The notes: generated by a model not told the origin, from the letters alone. A stretch of DNA of 32,000 nucleotides from Rhodobacter capsulatus SB 1003 (GCF_000021865.1 NC_014034.1:300001-332000); one strand, 5' to 3'. Shown: positions 16,916 to 24,010, counted from the first letter of the stretch. A program made the numbers and translations.

Positions 16916-17971
16916 ATGCTGTTCCTGTCTGGGTTTCTGGGGCTTTTGATGGCGGGTCTTGCCGCGGGTGTCGCGCCCACCGGGGATGACGAAACCGAGA
17001 CCGCCGAGGACGACACCCAGGATCAGGCCGAAGCCGGTACCGGCAGCGAGGACGGCACGGACGATGGCTCCGCGCCGGAAGATCCCTCGACCGACGACAC
17101 CGAGACCACCCTTCCCGGCGATACCCCGACCGAGCCCGACCCCTCGCCCGAGGCGACCGACGGGCGCGACATCCTTTGGGGCGATCTTTTCGACGATCAG
17201 CTTGACGGTCTGGCGGGCGATGACCAGATCAACGGCTATGCGGGCGATGACACGGTCAGCGGCGGCGCGGGCGATGACAGCCTTTGGGGCGCGGCGGGCG
17301 ACGACAGCCTTGCGGGCGGGACCGGCGACGACAGCCTGGAAGGCGATTATGGCGCCGACACGCTGACCGGCGGGGCAGGCGATGACACTTTGGCGGCGGG
17401 TTTCGGCGACGACAGCCTGAGCGGCGGCGCCGGGGCGGATCAGCTTCTGGGCGGCGCGGGCGACGACCGTGTCGAAGGCGATGCGGGCGATGACAGCCTG
17501 TGCGGCAATGCCGGGGATGACACGCTGATCGGCGGCACCGGCACGGATGAGCTGAGCGGCGGAAATGGCGACGACCTTCTCATCGGGGTTGTTTCGGACG
17601 ATCAAAGCGGCAACAGTGATGCCGATGGCATGGATTTCCTCAACGGCGGTGTGGGGGCCGATACGCTTATGATAGGTGCGGGTGACTGGGCCTCGGGCGG
17701 CGAGGATGGCGATCTGTTCGCGCTGGGCGAATGGAACGATCCCGAGAACCCCGCGACGATCACCGATTACGATTCCAGCGCCGATCAGATCGTGGTCGTC
17801 TATGACCCGGACAACGGCGTCGATCCGGAAGTGACGCTGGAGCCCGCGACGACCGAGGGCAATGTCTGGATCACGCTGAACGGGGTGCATCTGGCCGAGG
17901 TGGTCGATGCGGGCGATCTGCGCCCCAAGGATGTGCTCTTGATCACGCCCGAGGAATTCGGCGCCATCTGA
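16916..17971 (+). CDS. RTX-type (hemolysin-type) calcium-binding repeat protein with N-terminal hydrophobic segment
   Basis: 351 aa. The N-terminal hydrophobic stretch is [20 protein letters not shown], followed by a roughly 65-aa D/E/T/P-rich acidic linker. Fourteen consecutive nonapeptides of the GGxGxDxLx type follow, and then a roughly 125-aa C-terminal domain. GGTGAGGG lies upstream of the ATG. Confidence 0.85.
   Translation: MLFLSGFLGLLMAGLAAGVAPTGDDETETAEDDTQDQAEAGTGSEDGTDDGSAPEDPSTDDTETTLPGDTPTEPDPSPEATDGRDILWGDLFDDQLDGLAGDDQINGYAGDDTVSGGAGDDSLWGAAGDDSLAGGTGDDSLEGDYGADTLTGGAGDDTLAAGFGDDSLSGGAGADQLLGGAGDDRVEGDAGDDSLCGNAGDDTLIGGTGTDELSGGNGDDLLIGVVSDDQSGNSDADGMDFLNGGVGADTLMIGAGDWASGGEDGDLFALGEWNDPENPATITDYDSSADQIVVVYDPDNGVDPEVTLEPATTEGNVWITLNGVHLAEVVDAGDLRPKDVLLITPEEFGAI
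17207..17584 (+). repeat. 14 tandem 27-nt units encoding RTX nonapeptides (coding repeat, not a CRISPR)
   Basis: Translation gives [126 protein letters not shown]. Confidence 0.85.
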
Positions 17972-18102
17972 CCGGGCCTGGGGCTTCCCTTTGCCCCGCT
18001 TTTCCGCTAAACGCCGCCATCCGCCGGATTCGGCGGAGACTCCACGGGCCCTGCTGGACGACATCCCGGCTTGCGCCATCACCCTTTGCACAGGAGACCC
18101 CG

Positions 18103-18372
18103 ATGTCGATCACCGTCGAGACCAAAACCCGTCTGATGAAAGAATTTGCCACCAAGGAAGGCGACACCGGCTCGCCGGAAGTTCAGGTGGCGATCCTCAG
18201 CTCGCGCATCGCCACGCTGACCGAGCACTTCAAGGCCCACAAGAAAGACAACCATTCGCGTCGGGGCCTGCTGATGATGGTGGCCCAGCGCCGCAAGCTG
18301 CTCGACTATCTGAAGAAAAAGGACGTGGCCCGCTACCAGTCGCTGATCGAGCGTCTCGGCCTGCGCCGCTGA
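18103..18372 (+). CDS. rpsO: 30S ribosomal protein S15
   Basis: 89 aa: [77 protein letters not shown] lies upstream. Confidence 0.97.
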   Translation: MSITVETKTRLMKEFATKEGDTGSPEVQVAILSSRIATLTEHFKAHKKDNHSRRGLLMMVAQRRKLLDYLKKKDVARYQSLIERLGLRR

Positions 18373-18396
18373 TCCCTTTCGGGTTTCGGAAAACGG

Positions 18397-18430
18397 AACG
18401 CCTGCCCCCCGGGGCAGGCGTTTTGCTTTT
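18397..18430 (+). terminator. rho-independent terminator of rpsO
   Basis: AACGCCTGCCCC/GGGGCAGGCGTT forms a GC-rich stem (18397-18422) followed by TTTTGCTTTT. It begins 25 nt after the rpsO stop. Confidence 0.8.
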
Positions 18431-18478
18431 GGGGGGTGCCCTTGTCTGCTGCGCCGCCCGCGGGGGCGCTGCCGCCGC

Positions 18479-18507
18479 ACCCCCGAGGTATTTGCGGCAA
18501 GATGAAA
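18479..18507 (+). repeat. single copy of the REP-like unit (ACCCCCGAGGTATTTGCGGCAAGATGAA)
   Basis: See 13180-13208 for the match. It lies between the rpsO terminator and the stop of the aldehyde dehydrogenase gene, and is preceded by a GC-rich stem (GGGGGTGC 18432-18439 with GCACCCCC 18477-18484). Confidence 0.65.
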
Positions 18508-18526
18508 GGGGCCGGTTCGGGGGGGC

Positions 18527-19963
18527 TCAGTCCGCCCAGCCCGAGATCGATTTCACCTCGCAGAATTCCTCGATGCCCCAGCGGCCGCCCTCGCGGGCGC
18601 GGCCCGAGGCGCGGACGCCCCCGAAAGGCGCCCCGGCGCCGCGGCTTTGGCCGTTCATCTCGACCATGCCCGAGCGCAGCAGCCGTGCCAGCCGGTTGCG
18701 CCGGGCGCTGTCTTGCGACTGCACGTAATTGGTCAGGCCATAGGGCGTGGCATTGGCGATGGCGACGGCCTCTTCCTCGGTGTCGAAGGGCATGATCGAA
18801 AGCACCGGGCCGAAGATTTCCTCGCGCATCACGGTCATTTCGGGCGTGACATCGGCAAAGACCGTCGGGCGGATGAAGAAGCCCTTGTTCAGCCCCTCGG
18901 GGCGGCCAAGGCCGCCCGCGACCAGACGGGCGCCTTCCTTGATCCCGGTTTCGATCAGGGACTGGATCTTGTCGAATTGCGCCGCGTTCACCACCGGGCC
19001 GATGTGGCGGCCGGGGGCCTGCGCCGGGGCGACCTTGATCGCGGCGGCGACCTCGGCGGCGATCTGCACGGCGCGGTCGTAAAGCGGGCGTTCGACCAGC
19101 ATCCGCGTCGGCGCGTTGCAGCTTTGGCCGGAGTTGTTCATGCAATGCCGCACGCCGCGGGCGATGGCGGTGTCGTCGGCATCGGCAAAGACCAGATTCG
19201 CCCCCTTGCCGCCCAGTTCCAGACAGACCCGTTTCAGCGTCGCTGCAGCGGCTTGACTGATCGCCTTGCCCGCCCGGGTCGAGCCGGTGAAGGAGATCAT
19301 TTCCACATCCGGATGCGTCGAAAGCTGCGTGCCCACGCCCGCGCCGTCGCCGTTCACCAGGTTGAAGACGCCCGCGGGCACCCCCGCCGCGTGCACGAAT
19401 TCCGCAAAGAGCAGCGAGGAGAGCGGCGCCTCTTCCGATGGTTTCAGAACCATCGTGCAACCGGCGAGCAGCGCCGGAACGACCTTCAGCGTCACCTGAT
19501 TCATCGGCCAGTTCCAGGGCGTGATCAGACCGACGACGCCGACGGGCTCATAGGCGATCATCGCCCCCGGCGTGCCGTCGCCGAGCGGATGCAGCCATTC
19601 GAAGTCTTTCGCCGCCCGGATGAAATTCGAAATGTGCCAGATGCCTGCGCCCACCTGGCTGTCGCGGGCGAAATCGATCGGTGCGCCCATCTCGAGGCTC
19701 ATCGCCTGCGCCATCTCCTCGGCGCGGGATTGATAGATCGCCAGCAGGCGTTCGACCGTCGCCAGACGCGCGGCGGGCGGCGTCGCGGCCCAGCCGGGCC
19801 CCGCGCGCAGGGCGGCGGCCACCGCCGCATCCGTATCCGCCCGGTCGCCGAGCGAGATCACCGCGCAGGGCTCTTCGGTGGAGGGGTCGATCACGGCATG
19901 GTCGCGCGGCTGATGCGGGCCGACCCATGTCCCGTCGATGTAGAAGTGGCGTTTCTCGATCAT
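18527..19963 (-). CDS. NAD(P)-dependent aldehyde dehydrogenase family protein
   Basis: Track ORF 18527..20014 is trimmed to the ATG at 19963 (MIEKRHFYIDGTWV), with GGGAG upstream. ALDH signatures are present: ITPWNWP, ELGGKGANLVFADAD (catalytic Glu) and NSGQSCNAPTRMLV (catalytic Cys). Confidence 0.92.
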   Translation of the reverse strand: MIEKRHFYIDGTWVGPHQPRDHAVIDPSTEEPCAVISLGDRADTDAAVAAALRAGPGWAATPPAARLATVERLLAIYQSRAEEMAQAMSLEMGAPIDFARDSQVGAGIWHISNFIRAAKDFEWLHPLGDGTPGAMIAYEPVGVVGLITPWNWPMNQVTLKVVPALLAGCTMVLKPSEEAPLSSLLFAEFVHAAGVPAGVFNLVNGDGAGVGTQLSTHPDVEMISFTGSTRAGKAISQAAAATLKRVCLELGGKGANLVFADADDTAIARGVRHCMNNSGQSCNAPTRMLVERPLYDRAVQIAAEVAAAIKVAPAQAPGRHIGPVVNAAQFDKIQSLIETGIKEGARLVAGGLGRPEGLNKGFFIRPTVFADVTPEMTVMREEIFGPVLSIMPFDTEEEAVAIANATPYGLTNYVQSQDSARRNRLARLLRSGMVEMNGQSRGAGAPFGGVRASGRAREGGRWGIEEFCEVKSISGWAD

Positions 19964-20015
19964 GGCAGTCTCCCTTGTCCGGGCCAGCGTGACAGGGGCG
20001 GGGCGGCGTGACAAG

Positions 20016-20057
20016 CCACCTGCCGGAAAATTTGATCAAATTATTTCCGGCAGGTGG
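20016..20057. promoter_or_regulatory. 42-bp near-perfect palindrome with an AT-rich core (operator candidate) in the aldehyde dehydrogenase/DUF1127 divergent region
   Basis: The sequence is CCACCTGCCGGAAAATTTGA|TCAAATTATTTCCGGCAGGTGG. The outer 14 bp are perfectly complementary, the inner part is symmetric around GATC, and there is one 2-nt insertion (TA). Confidence 0.5.
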
Positions 20058-20188
20058 TAACCAAATCTTACCAGTCATGCAGTTTCGGCATCGCGGCATT
20101 GCCCAATCCCCGGATTGTGCAAATGCAGCATCAGGCGCAGGTTATCGGTAACGGCGGGATGGTCCTGCCGGTTCCGAAAGACGAAAAG

Positions 20189-20407
20189 ATGCCCCTCGCT
20201 TCTGCGCTGTCCCAGCCCCGCCCGCTTGCCCTGCTTGATGTCCTTGCCCGCGCCGTGGCGCAGCTGCGTCAGGCCCGGGCGCAACACCGTGCCTATGTCG
20301 CGCTGATGGCCGAATTCGACCGCATGACCGATGCCGACTGGTTCGACCTTGGCCTGTCGCGCCACAATGCCCGCGATCTGGCCCGCCATACCGTCTACGG
20401 GCGTTAA
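20189..20407 (+). CDS. DUF1127 domain small protein
   Basis: The C-terminal ...LRQARAQHRAYVALMAEFDRMTDADWFDLGLSRHNARDLARH fits the DUF1127 pattern (R-rich helix, then L..LsDr.L.DiGLsR.di). The start is uncertain: ATG at 20189 is chosen, 20159 and 20123 are also in frame, and none has a strong Shine-Dalgarno sequence. Confidence 0.6.
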   Translation: MPLASALSQPRPLALLDVLARAVAQLRQARAQHRAYVALMAEFDRMTDADWFDLGLSRHNARDLARHTVYGR

Positions 20408-20433
20408 GCCCCCGGCCAAGGGGCCGAAAAGCA

Positions 20434-20459
20434 AAAGCCCCCGCGGTTGCGGGGGCTTT
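20434..20459. terminator. bidirectional intrinsic terminator shared by the DUF1127 gene (+) and pnp (-)
   Basis: AAAGCCCCCGC-GGTT-GCGGGGGCTTT is a perfect 11-bp stem. On the minus strand it is followed by TGCTTTTCGG, and on the plus strand by GCCGTTTCC. It lies between the two convergent stop codons (20407 and 20478). Confidence 0.7.
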
Positions 20460-20477
20460 GCCGTTTCCGTGATACGA

Positions 20478-22631
20478 TCAGCCCTCGGGCTGTTCGTCCT
20501 TGGCCTTGGTTTCCGGCGGCAGTTCCGCGCCGGTCTCCTGATCGACCATCTTCATGCCAAGGCGCACCTTGCCGCGATCGTCGAAGCCCAGCAGCTTGAC
20601 CCAGACTTCCTGACCTTCCTTCAGCGCCTCGTTCGGGTGGTTCAGACGCTTGCCCGCGATTTGCGAGACATGGACCAGACCGTCGCGCTTGCCGAAGAAG
20701 TTCACGAAGGCGCCGAAATCGACCAGCTTCACCACCTTGCCGCGGTAGATCTTGCCCTCTTCCGGCTCGGCCACGATCGAATAGATCATGTCATAGGCCT
20801 TCTTGATGGCTTCGGCATTGGCCGAGGCGATCTTGATCACGCCGTCGTCGTTGATGTCGACCTTGGCGCCCGAGACCTCGACGATCTCGCGGATCACCTT
20901 GCCGCCCGAGCCGATCACTTCGCGGATCTTGTCGGTCGGGATCTGCATCGTCTCGATCCGCGGCGCATGGGCCGAGAATTCCTGACGACCGGCCGAGAGG
21001 GCCTTCGACATCTCGCCCAGGATGTGCATCCGGCCGTCTTTCGCCTGCGCCAGCGCCTGCTGCATGATCTCGGGGGTGATGCCCGCGACCTTGATGTCCA
21101 TCTGCAGCGAGGTGATGCCGTTTTCGGTCCCCGCCACCTTGAAGTCCATGTCGCCCAGGTGGTCTTCGTCACCGAGGATGTCGGTCAGAACCGCCCAGCG
21201 GCCGTCACTTTCCAGGATCAGACCCATGGCCACACCGGCCACCGGGGCTTTCAGCGGCACACCGGCGTCCATCATCGAGAGCGAGCCGCCGCAGACCGAC
21301 GCCATCGAGGACGAGCCGTTCGATTCGGTGATCTCGGAGACGACGCGGATCGTGTAGGGGAAGTCGGTCGGCGCCGGAAGCACCGCCTGCAGCGCGCGCC
21401 AGGCCAGCTTGCCGTGGCCGATCTCGCGGCGGCCGGGGCTGCCGACGCGACCCACTTCGCCGACCGAATAGGGCGGGAAGTTGTAATGCAGCAGGAAGTT
21501 GGAGCGGAAGTTGCCGTTCAGCGCGTCGATGATCTGTTCGTCATCGCCGGTGCCGAGCGTGGTCACGACCAGACCCTGGGTTTCGCCGCGGGTGAACAGC
21601 GCCGAGCCATGGGTGCGCGGCAGGATGCCGACTTCCGCCACGATCGGACGGACGGTCTTGTTGTCGCGGCCGTCGATGCGGGCGCCACCGTTGATGATGT
21701 CGCCGCGCAGGATGCCCGATTCCAGCGCCTTGATCGCCGAGCCGAGGTTGATGTCGGCCAGATCTTCTTCCGAAAGCTTCGACTTGATCAGATCGACCGT
21801 GGCCGAGATCGCGTTCGAGCGTTCCTGCTTGTCGCGCAGCGCGAAGGCGGCGCGCATTTCGGCCTCGCCCGCGGCTTTCACCCGGTCGAGCAGCGCCGAG
21901 TAATCCGGCGGATCGAAATGGAAGGGCTCTTTCGCGGCATCTTCGGCCAGCGCGATGATCAGATCGATCACCGGCTGCATCTGTTCGTGGCCGAACTTGA
22001 CCGCGCCGAGCATCTCGTCTTCGGTCAGCTCATAGGCTTCGGATTCGACCATCATCACGGCGTCTTTCGTGCCCGCGATGACCAGATCCAGACGCTGCTC
22101 GGGGTTGTCGCGCAGCTTGGTCATGTCGTCCATGGCCGGGTTCAGCACATAGGCGCCATGGGCAAAGCCCACGCGCGCGGCGCCGATCGGGCCCATGAAG
22201 GGCACGCCCGAGATCGTCAGCGCGGCCGAGGCGGCGATCATCGCGACGATGTCGGGATCGTTCACCAGATCGCAGGACAGAACGGTGGCCATCACCAGCA
22301 CTTCGTTCTTGAAGCCCGGGACGAAGAGCGGACGGCAGGGACGGTCGATCAGACGCGAGACCAGCGTTTCCTTTTCCGAAGGACGCGCCTCGCGTTTGAA
22401 GAACCCGCCGGGGATCTTGCCGGCGGCGTAGTATTTTTCCTGATAATGCACGGTCAGCGGGAAGAAATCCTGCCCCGGCTTCGCCTCTTTGGCGAAGGTG
22501 ACGTTGGCCATGACCGAGGTTTCGCCCAGAGTGGCGATGACCGAGCCGTCGGCCTGACGGGCAACCTTGCCCGTTTCCAGCGTCAGCGTTTCGCCGCCCC
22601 ACTGGATCGATTTTTTCGTAACGTTGAACAT
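20478..22631 (-). CDS. pnp: polyribonucleotide nucleotidyltransferase (PNPase)
   Basis: Track ORF 20478..22745 is trimmed to the ATG at 22631 ([29 protein letters not shown]). It has two RNase PH domains, then KH ([15 protein letters not shown]) and S1 ([20 protein letters not shown]) domains. Confidence 0.96.
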   Translation of the reverse strand: MFNVTKKSIQWGGETLTLETGKVARQADGSVIATLGETSVMANVTFAKEAKPGQDFFPLTVHYQEKYYAAGKIPGGFFKREARPSEKETLVSRLIDRPCRPLFVPGFKNEVLVMATVLSCDLVNDPDIVAMIAASAALTISGVPFMGPIGAARVGFAHGAYVLNPAMDDMTKLRDNPEQRLDLVIAGTKDAVMMVESEAYELTEDEMLGAVKFGHEQMQPVIDLIIALAEDAAKEPFHFDPPDYSALLDRVKAAGEAEMRAAFALRDKQERSNAISATVDLIKSKLSEEDLADINLGSAIKALESGILRGDIINGGARIDGRDNKTVRPIVAEVGILPRTHGSALFTRGETQGLVVTTLGTGDDEQIIDALNGNFRSNFLLHYNFPPYSVGEVGRVGSPGRREIGHGKLAWRALQAVLPAPTDFPYTIRVVSEITESNGSSSMASVCGGSLSMMDAGVPLKAPVAGVAMGLILESDGRWAVLTDILGDEDHLGDMDFKVAGTENGITSLQMDIKVAGITPEIMQQALAQAKDGRMHILGEMSKALSAGRQEFSAHAPRIETMQIPTDKIREVIGSGGKVIREIVEVSGAKVDINDDGVIKIASANAEAIKKAYDMIYSIVAEPEEGKIYRGKVVKLVDFGAFVNFFGKRDGLVHVSQIAGKRLNHPNEALKEGQEVWVKLLGFDDRGKVRLGMKMVDQETGAELPPETKAKDEQPEG

Positions 22632-22644
22632 CAGCGTTTCCTGT

Positions 22645-22680
22645 CTGGGAGCACGCATGGGACCTTCCCATGTCTCCCGG
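22645..22680 (-). promoter_or_regulatory. stem-loop in the pnp 5' leader immediately upstream of its Shine-Dalgarno sequence
   Basis: CATGGGA-cct-TCCCATG forms a 7-bp stem (22656-22672). It is nested in an outer 6-bp helix (22645-22650 with 22675-22680, including one G-U pair). On the minus strand it ends 4 nt before ACAGGAAACGCTG-ATG. Confidence 0.35.
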
Positions 22681-22906
22681 CATATGGCGGCCCCATTGCC
22701 GCCGCCCCCCAATCCTTCGCATGCGCCCGGGGGGATTGGGCTCACGTCGCAGATTGTGCGCCCTTACAGGAAAAACGCGCTTTTGGGAAGCAGGAGTTGC
22801 GGCGCCGCCCGCGGGGCTGCGTCGAATTGGACCGCGGGAACTGTGCGCAGATCGCCGGCACCCGCTTGACGGCCCCGCACAAGATATGTAGTGACGCGGC
22901 AGGCAC

Positions 22907-22982
22907 AGGAGTTTAGCTCAGTTGGTAGAGCATCGGTCTCCAAAACCGAGGGTCGTGGGTTCGAGTCCCCCAACTCCTGCCA
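22907..22982 (+). tRNA. trnW: tRNA-Trp (anticodon CCA)
   Basis: A hand-folded 76-nt cloverleaf. The acceptor stem is AGGAGTT/AACTCCT, the D stem GCTC/GAGC and the anticodon stem TCGGT/ACCGA, with loop CTCCAAA. The T arm is GTGGG-TTCGAGT-CCCCC, which has one U50-C64 mismatch. The discriminator is G and CCA is encoded. The position upstream of secE-nusG is canonical. Confidence 0.95.
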
Positions 22983-23058
22983 TCCTTCACTTGCTGAAAT
23001 CGGATCACGCCGCAGGCTGCGGGTTCGTTTCGGTGTCGGGCGGAACCGCGCAACGCGC

Positions 23059-23087
23059 TTGAATTCTGCCGCATCTGCGCGTATCCC
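23059..23087 (+). promoter_or_regulatory. candidate sigma70-type promoter for secE (TTGAAT-N17-TATCCC)
   Basis: The hexamers lie at 23059-23064 and 23082-23087 with a 17-nt spacer, about 27 nt upstream of the secE ATG. This rests on a hexamer match only. Confidence 0.25.
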
Positions 23088-23113
23088 GGCGCCGTCGCAT
23101 GAGAGGAAGCAGC

Positions 23114-23296
23114 ATGGCAAACCCGATCCAGTTCCTGAGCCAGGTGCGCTCGGAAGTTGGCAAGATCACCTGGCCGACCCGGCGCGAGGTCGTTTTGACC
23201 ACCGTCATGGTGCTGACCATGGCGATGGTGGCGGCGATCTTCTTTTCCCTCGTGGATTGGGTGATCAACCTCGGGATCAAGGCAATGTTCATCTGA
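23114..23296 (+). CDS. secE: preprotein translocase subunit SecE
   Basis: 60 aa: MANPIQFLSQVRSEVGKITWPTRREVVLTTVMVLTMAMVAAIFFSLVDWVINLGIKAMFI. This is the single-TM SecE form. GAGAGGAAG lies upstream, and the position between tRNA-Trp and nusG is canonical. Confidence 0.9.
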   Translation: MANPIQFLSQVRSEVGKITWPTRREVVLTTVMVLTMAMVAAIFFSLVDWVINLGIKAMFI

Positions 23297-23351
23297 GGCC
23301 ATCGAAGCCCTTGAAATACGGGGCGGGCAAGGCTAAACGGGCACGACACTC

Positions 23352-23398
23352 AAGAACCGGCGTGCATCGATTCGAATGATGCGCGCCGTTCTTTGTTG
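23352..23398 (+). terminator. terminator/attenuator-like hairpin between secE and nusG
   Basis: Bases 23353-23368 pair with 23378-23392 to give 15 bp, with one bulged C and one G-U pair. The loop is the 9-nt GATTCGAAT. The hairpin is followed by TTTGTTG. Confidence 0.4.
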
Positions 23399-23470
23399 AG
23401 TGAGCAACGGCAAGACCGTTGATCAGACAAAATTTTCGGCGCTCGCCGCCGGGGGGAAAGAGGCAGGTTG

Positions 23471-24010
23471 ATGGCGAAGCGGTGGTATTCGGTTTCCGTT
23501 CTCTCGAACTTCGAGAAGAAGGTGGCCGAGCAGATCAAACAGGCCGTGATCGACAAGGGCCTGGGGGACGAGATCGAGGAAGTTCTGGTTCCCACCGAAG
23601 AAGTGATCGAGATCCGCCGCGGCAAGAAGGTCACGTCGGAGCGGCGTTTCATGCCCGGCTACGTGCTGGTGCGCATGGACATGACCGACCGCGGCTATCA
23701 CGCGATCACCTCGATCAACCGCGTCACCGGCTTCCTGGGTCCGCAGGGCAAGCCGACGCCGATGCGGGACAGCGAGGTGAACACGATCCTGAACCGTCAG
23801 GGCCCGACCGGCGAAGTCGTCGCGCCGCGCAACCTGATTCGCTTCGAGATCGGCGAGAATGTTTCCGTGACCGACGGCCCGTTCGAGGGCTTCTCGGGCA
23901 TGGTCGAGGAAGTGGACGACGCCGCGGGCCGCCTCAAGGTCACGGTGTCGATCTTTGGTCGGCCGACGCCGGTCGAGCTGGAATTCACTCAGGTGTCGAA
24001 AACCGCCTGA
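23471..24010 (+). CDS. nusG: transcription termination/antitermination factor NusG
   Basis: MAKRWYSVSVLSNFEKKVAEQIK... is the NGN domain, and the C-terminal KOW is IGENVSVTDGPFEGFSGMVEEVD. The ATG at 23471 is preferred over the TTG at 23468. AAGAGG lies upstream. Confidence 0.95.
   Translation: MAKRWYSVSVLSNFEKKVAEQIKQAVIDKGLGDEIEEVLVPTEEVIEIRRGKKVTSERRFMPGYVLVRMDMTDRGYHAITSINRVTGFLGPQGKPTPMRDSEVNTILNRQGPTGEVVAPRNLIRFEIGENVSVTDGPFEGFSGMVEEVDDAAGRLKVTVSIFGRPTPVELEFTQVSKTA

Noticed and set aside
17207-17584. A 27-nt periodic repeat that could superficially resemble a repeat array or CRISPR
   Set aside because: There are no unique spacers between the units, the units are degenerate, and they sit in frame within a CDS. 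It is a protein-coding RTX repeat.
16808-18091. A 427-aa minus-strand ORF antisense to the RTX gene, with its own periodic (xIARxAxxV-like) repeats
   Set aside because: Its periodicity is just the mirror image of the 27-nt RTX coding repeat. The plus-strand frame gives canonical GGxGxD nonapeptides, a Shine-Dalgarno sequence and a sensible domain layout.
18501-18795. The ATGAAAGGG inside the repeat unit looks like a start codon; track ORF 18436..18795 passes through it
   Set aside because: The frame lies antisense to the aldehyde dehydrogenase 3' end and gives a Pro/Arg/Gly-rich translation. The ATG is part of a repeated non-coding motif.
20096-20126. A CCCAATCC...GGATTG stem core present both in the DUF1127 upstream region (20102-20117) and in the pnp leader (22706-22740)
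   Set aside because: Only an 8-mer and a 6-mer are shared. That is too short to exclude coincidence, and the two lie on the same strand while the genes are on opposite strands.
20408-20477. A search for CcsR/cuckoo-type sRNAs (CCUCCUCCC loops) downstream of the DUF1127 gene
   Set aside because: The 70-nt spacer holds only the bidirectional terminator hairpin, and no CCTCCTCCC motif is present.
22791-22982. A possible integration hotspot or island at tRNA-Trp; CAGGAGTT at 22791-22798 resembles the tRNA 5' end
   Set aside because: The match is only 8 nt. There is no duplicated tRNA 3' end (att-like repeat), and no integrase or other mobile gene. The downstream genes are the universal secE-nusG-rplKAJL-rpoBC set.
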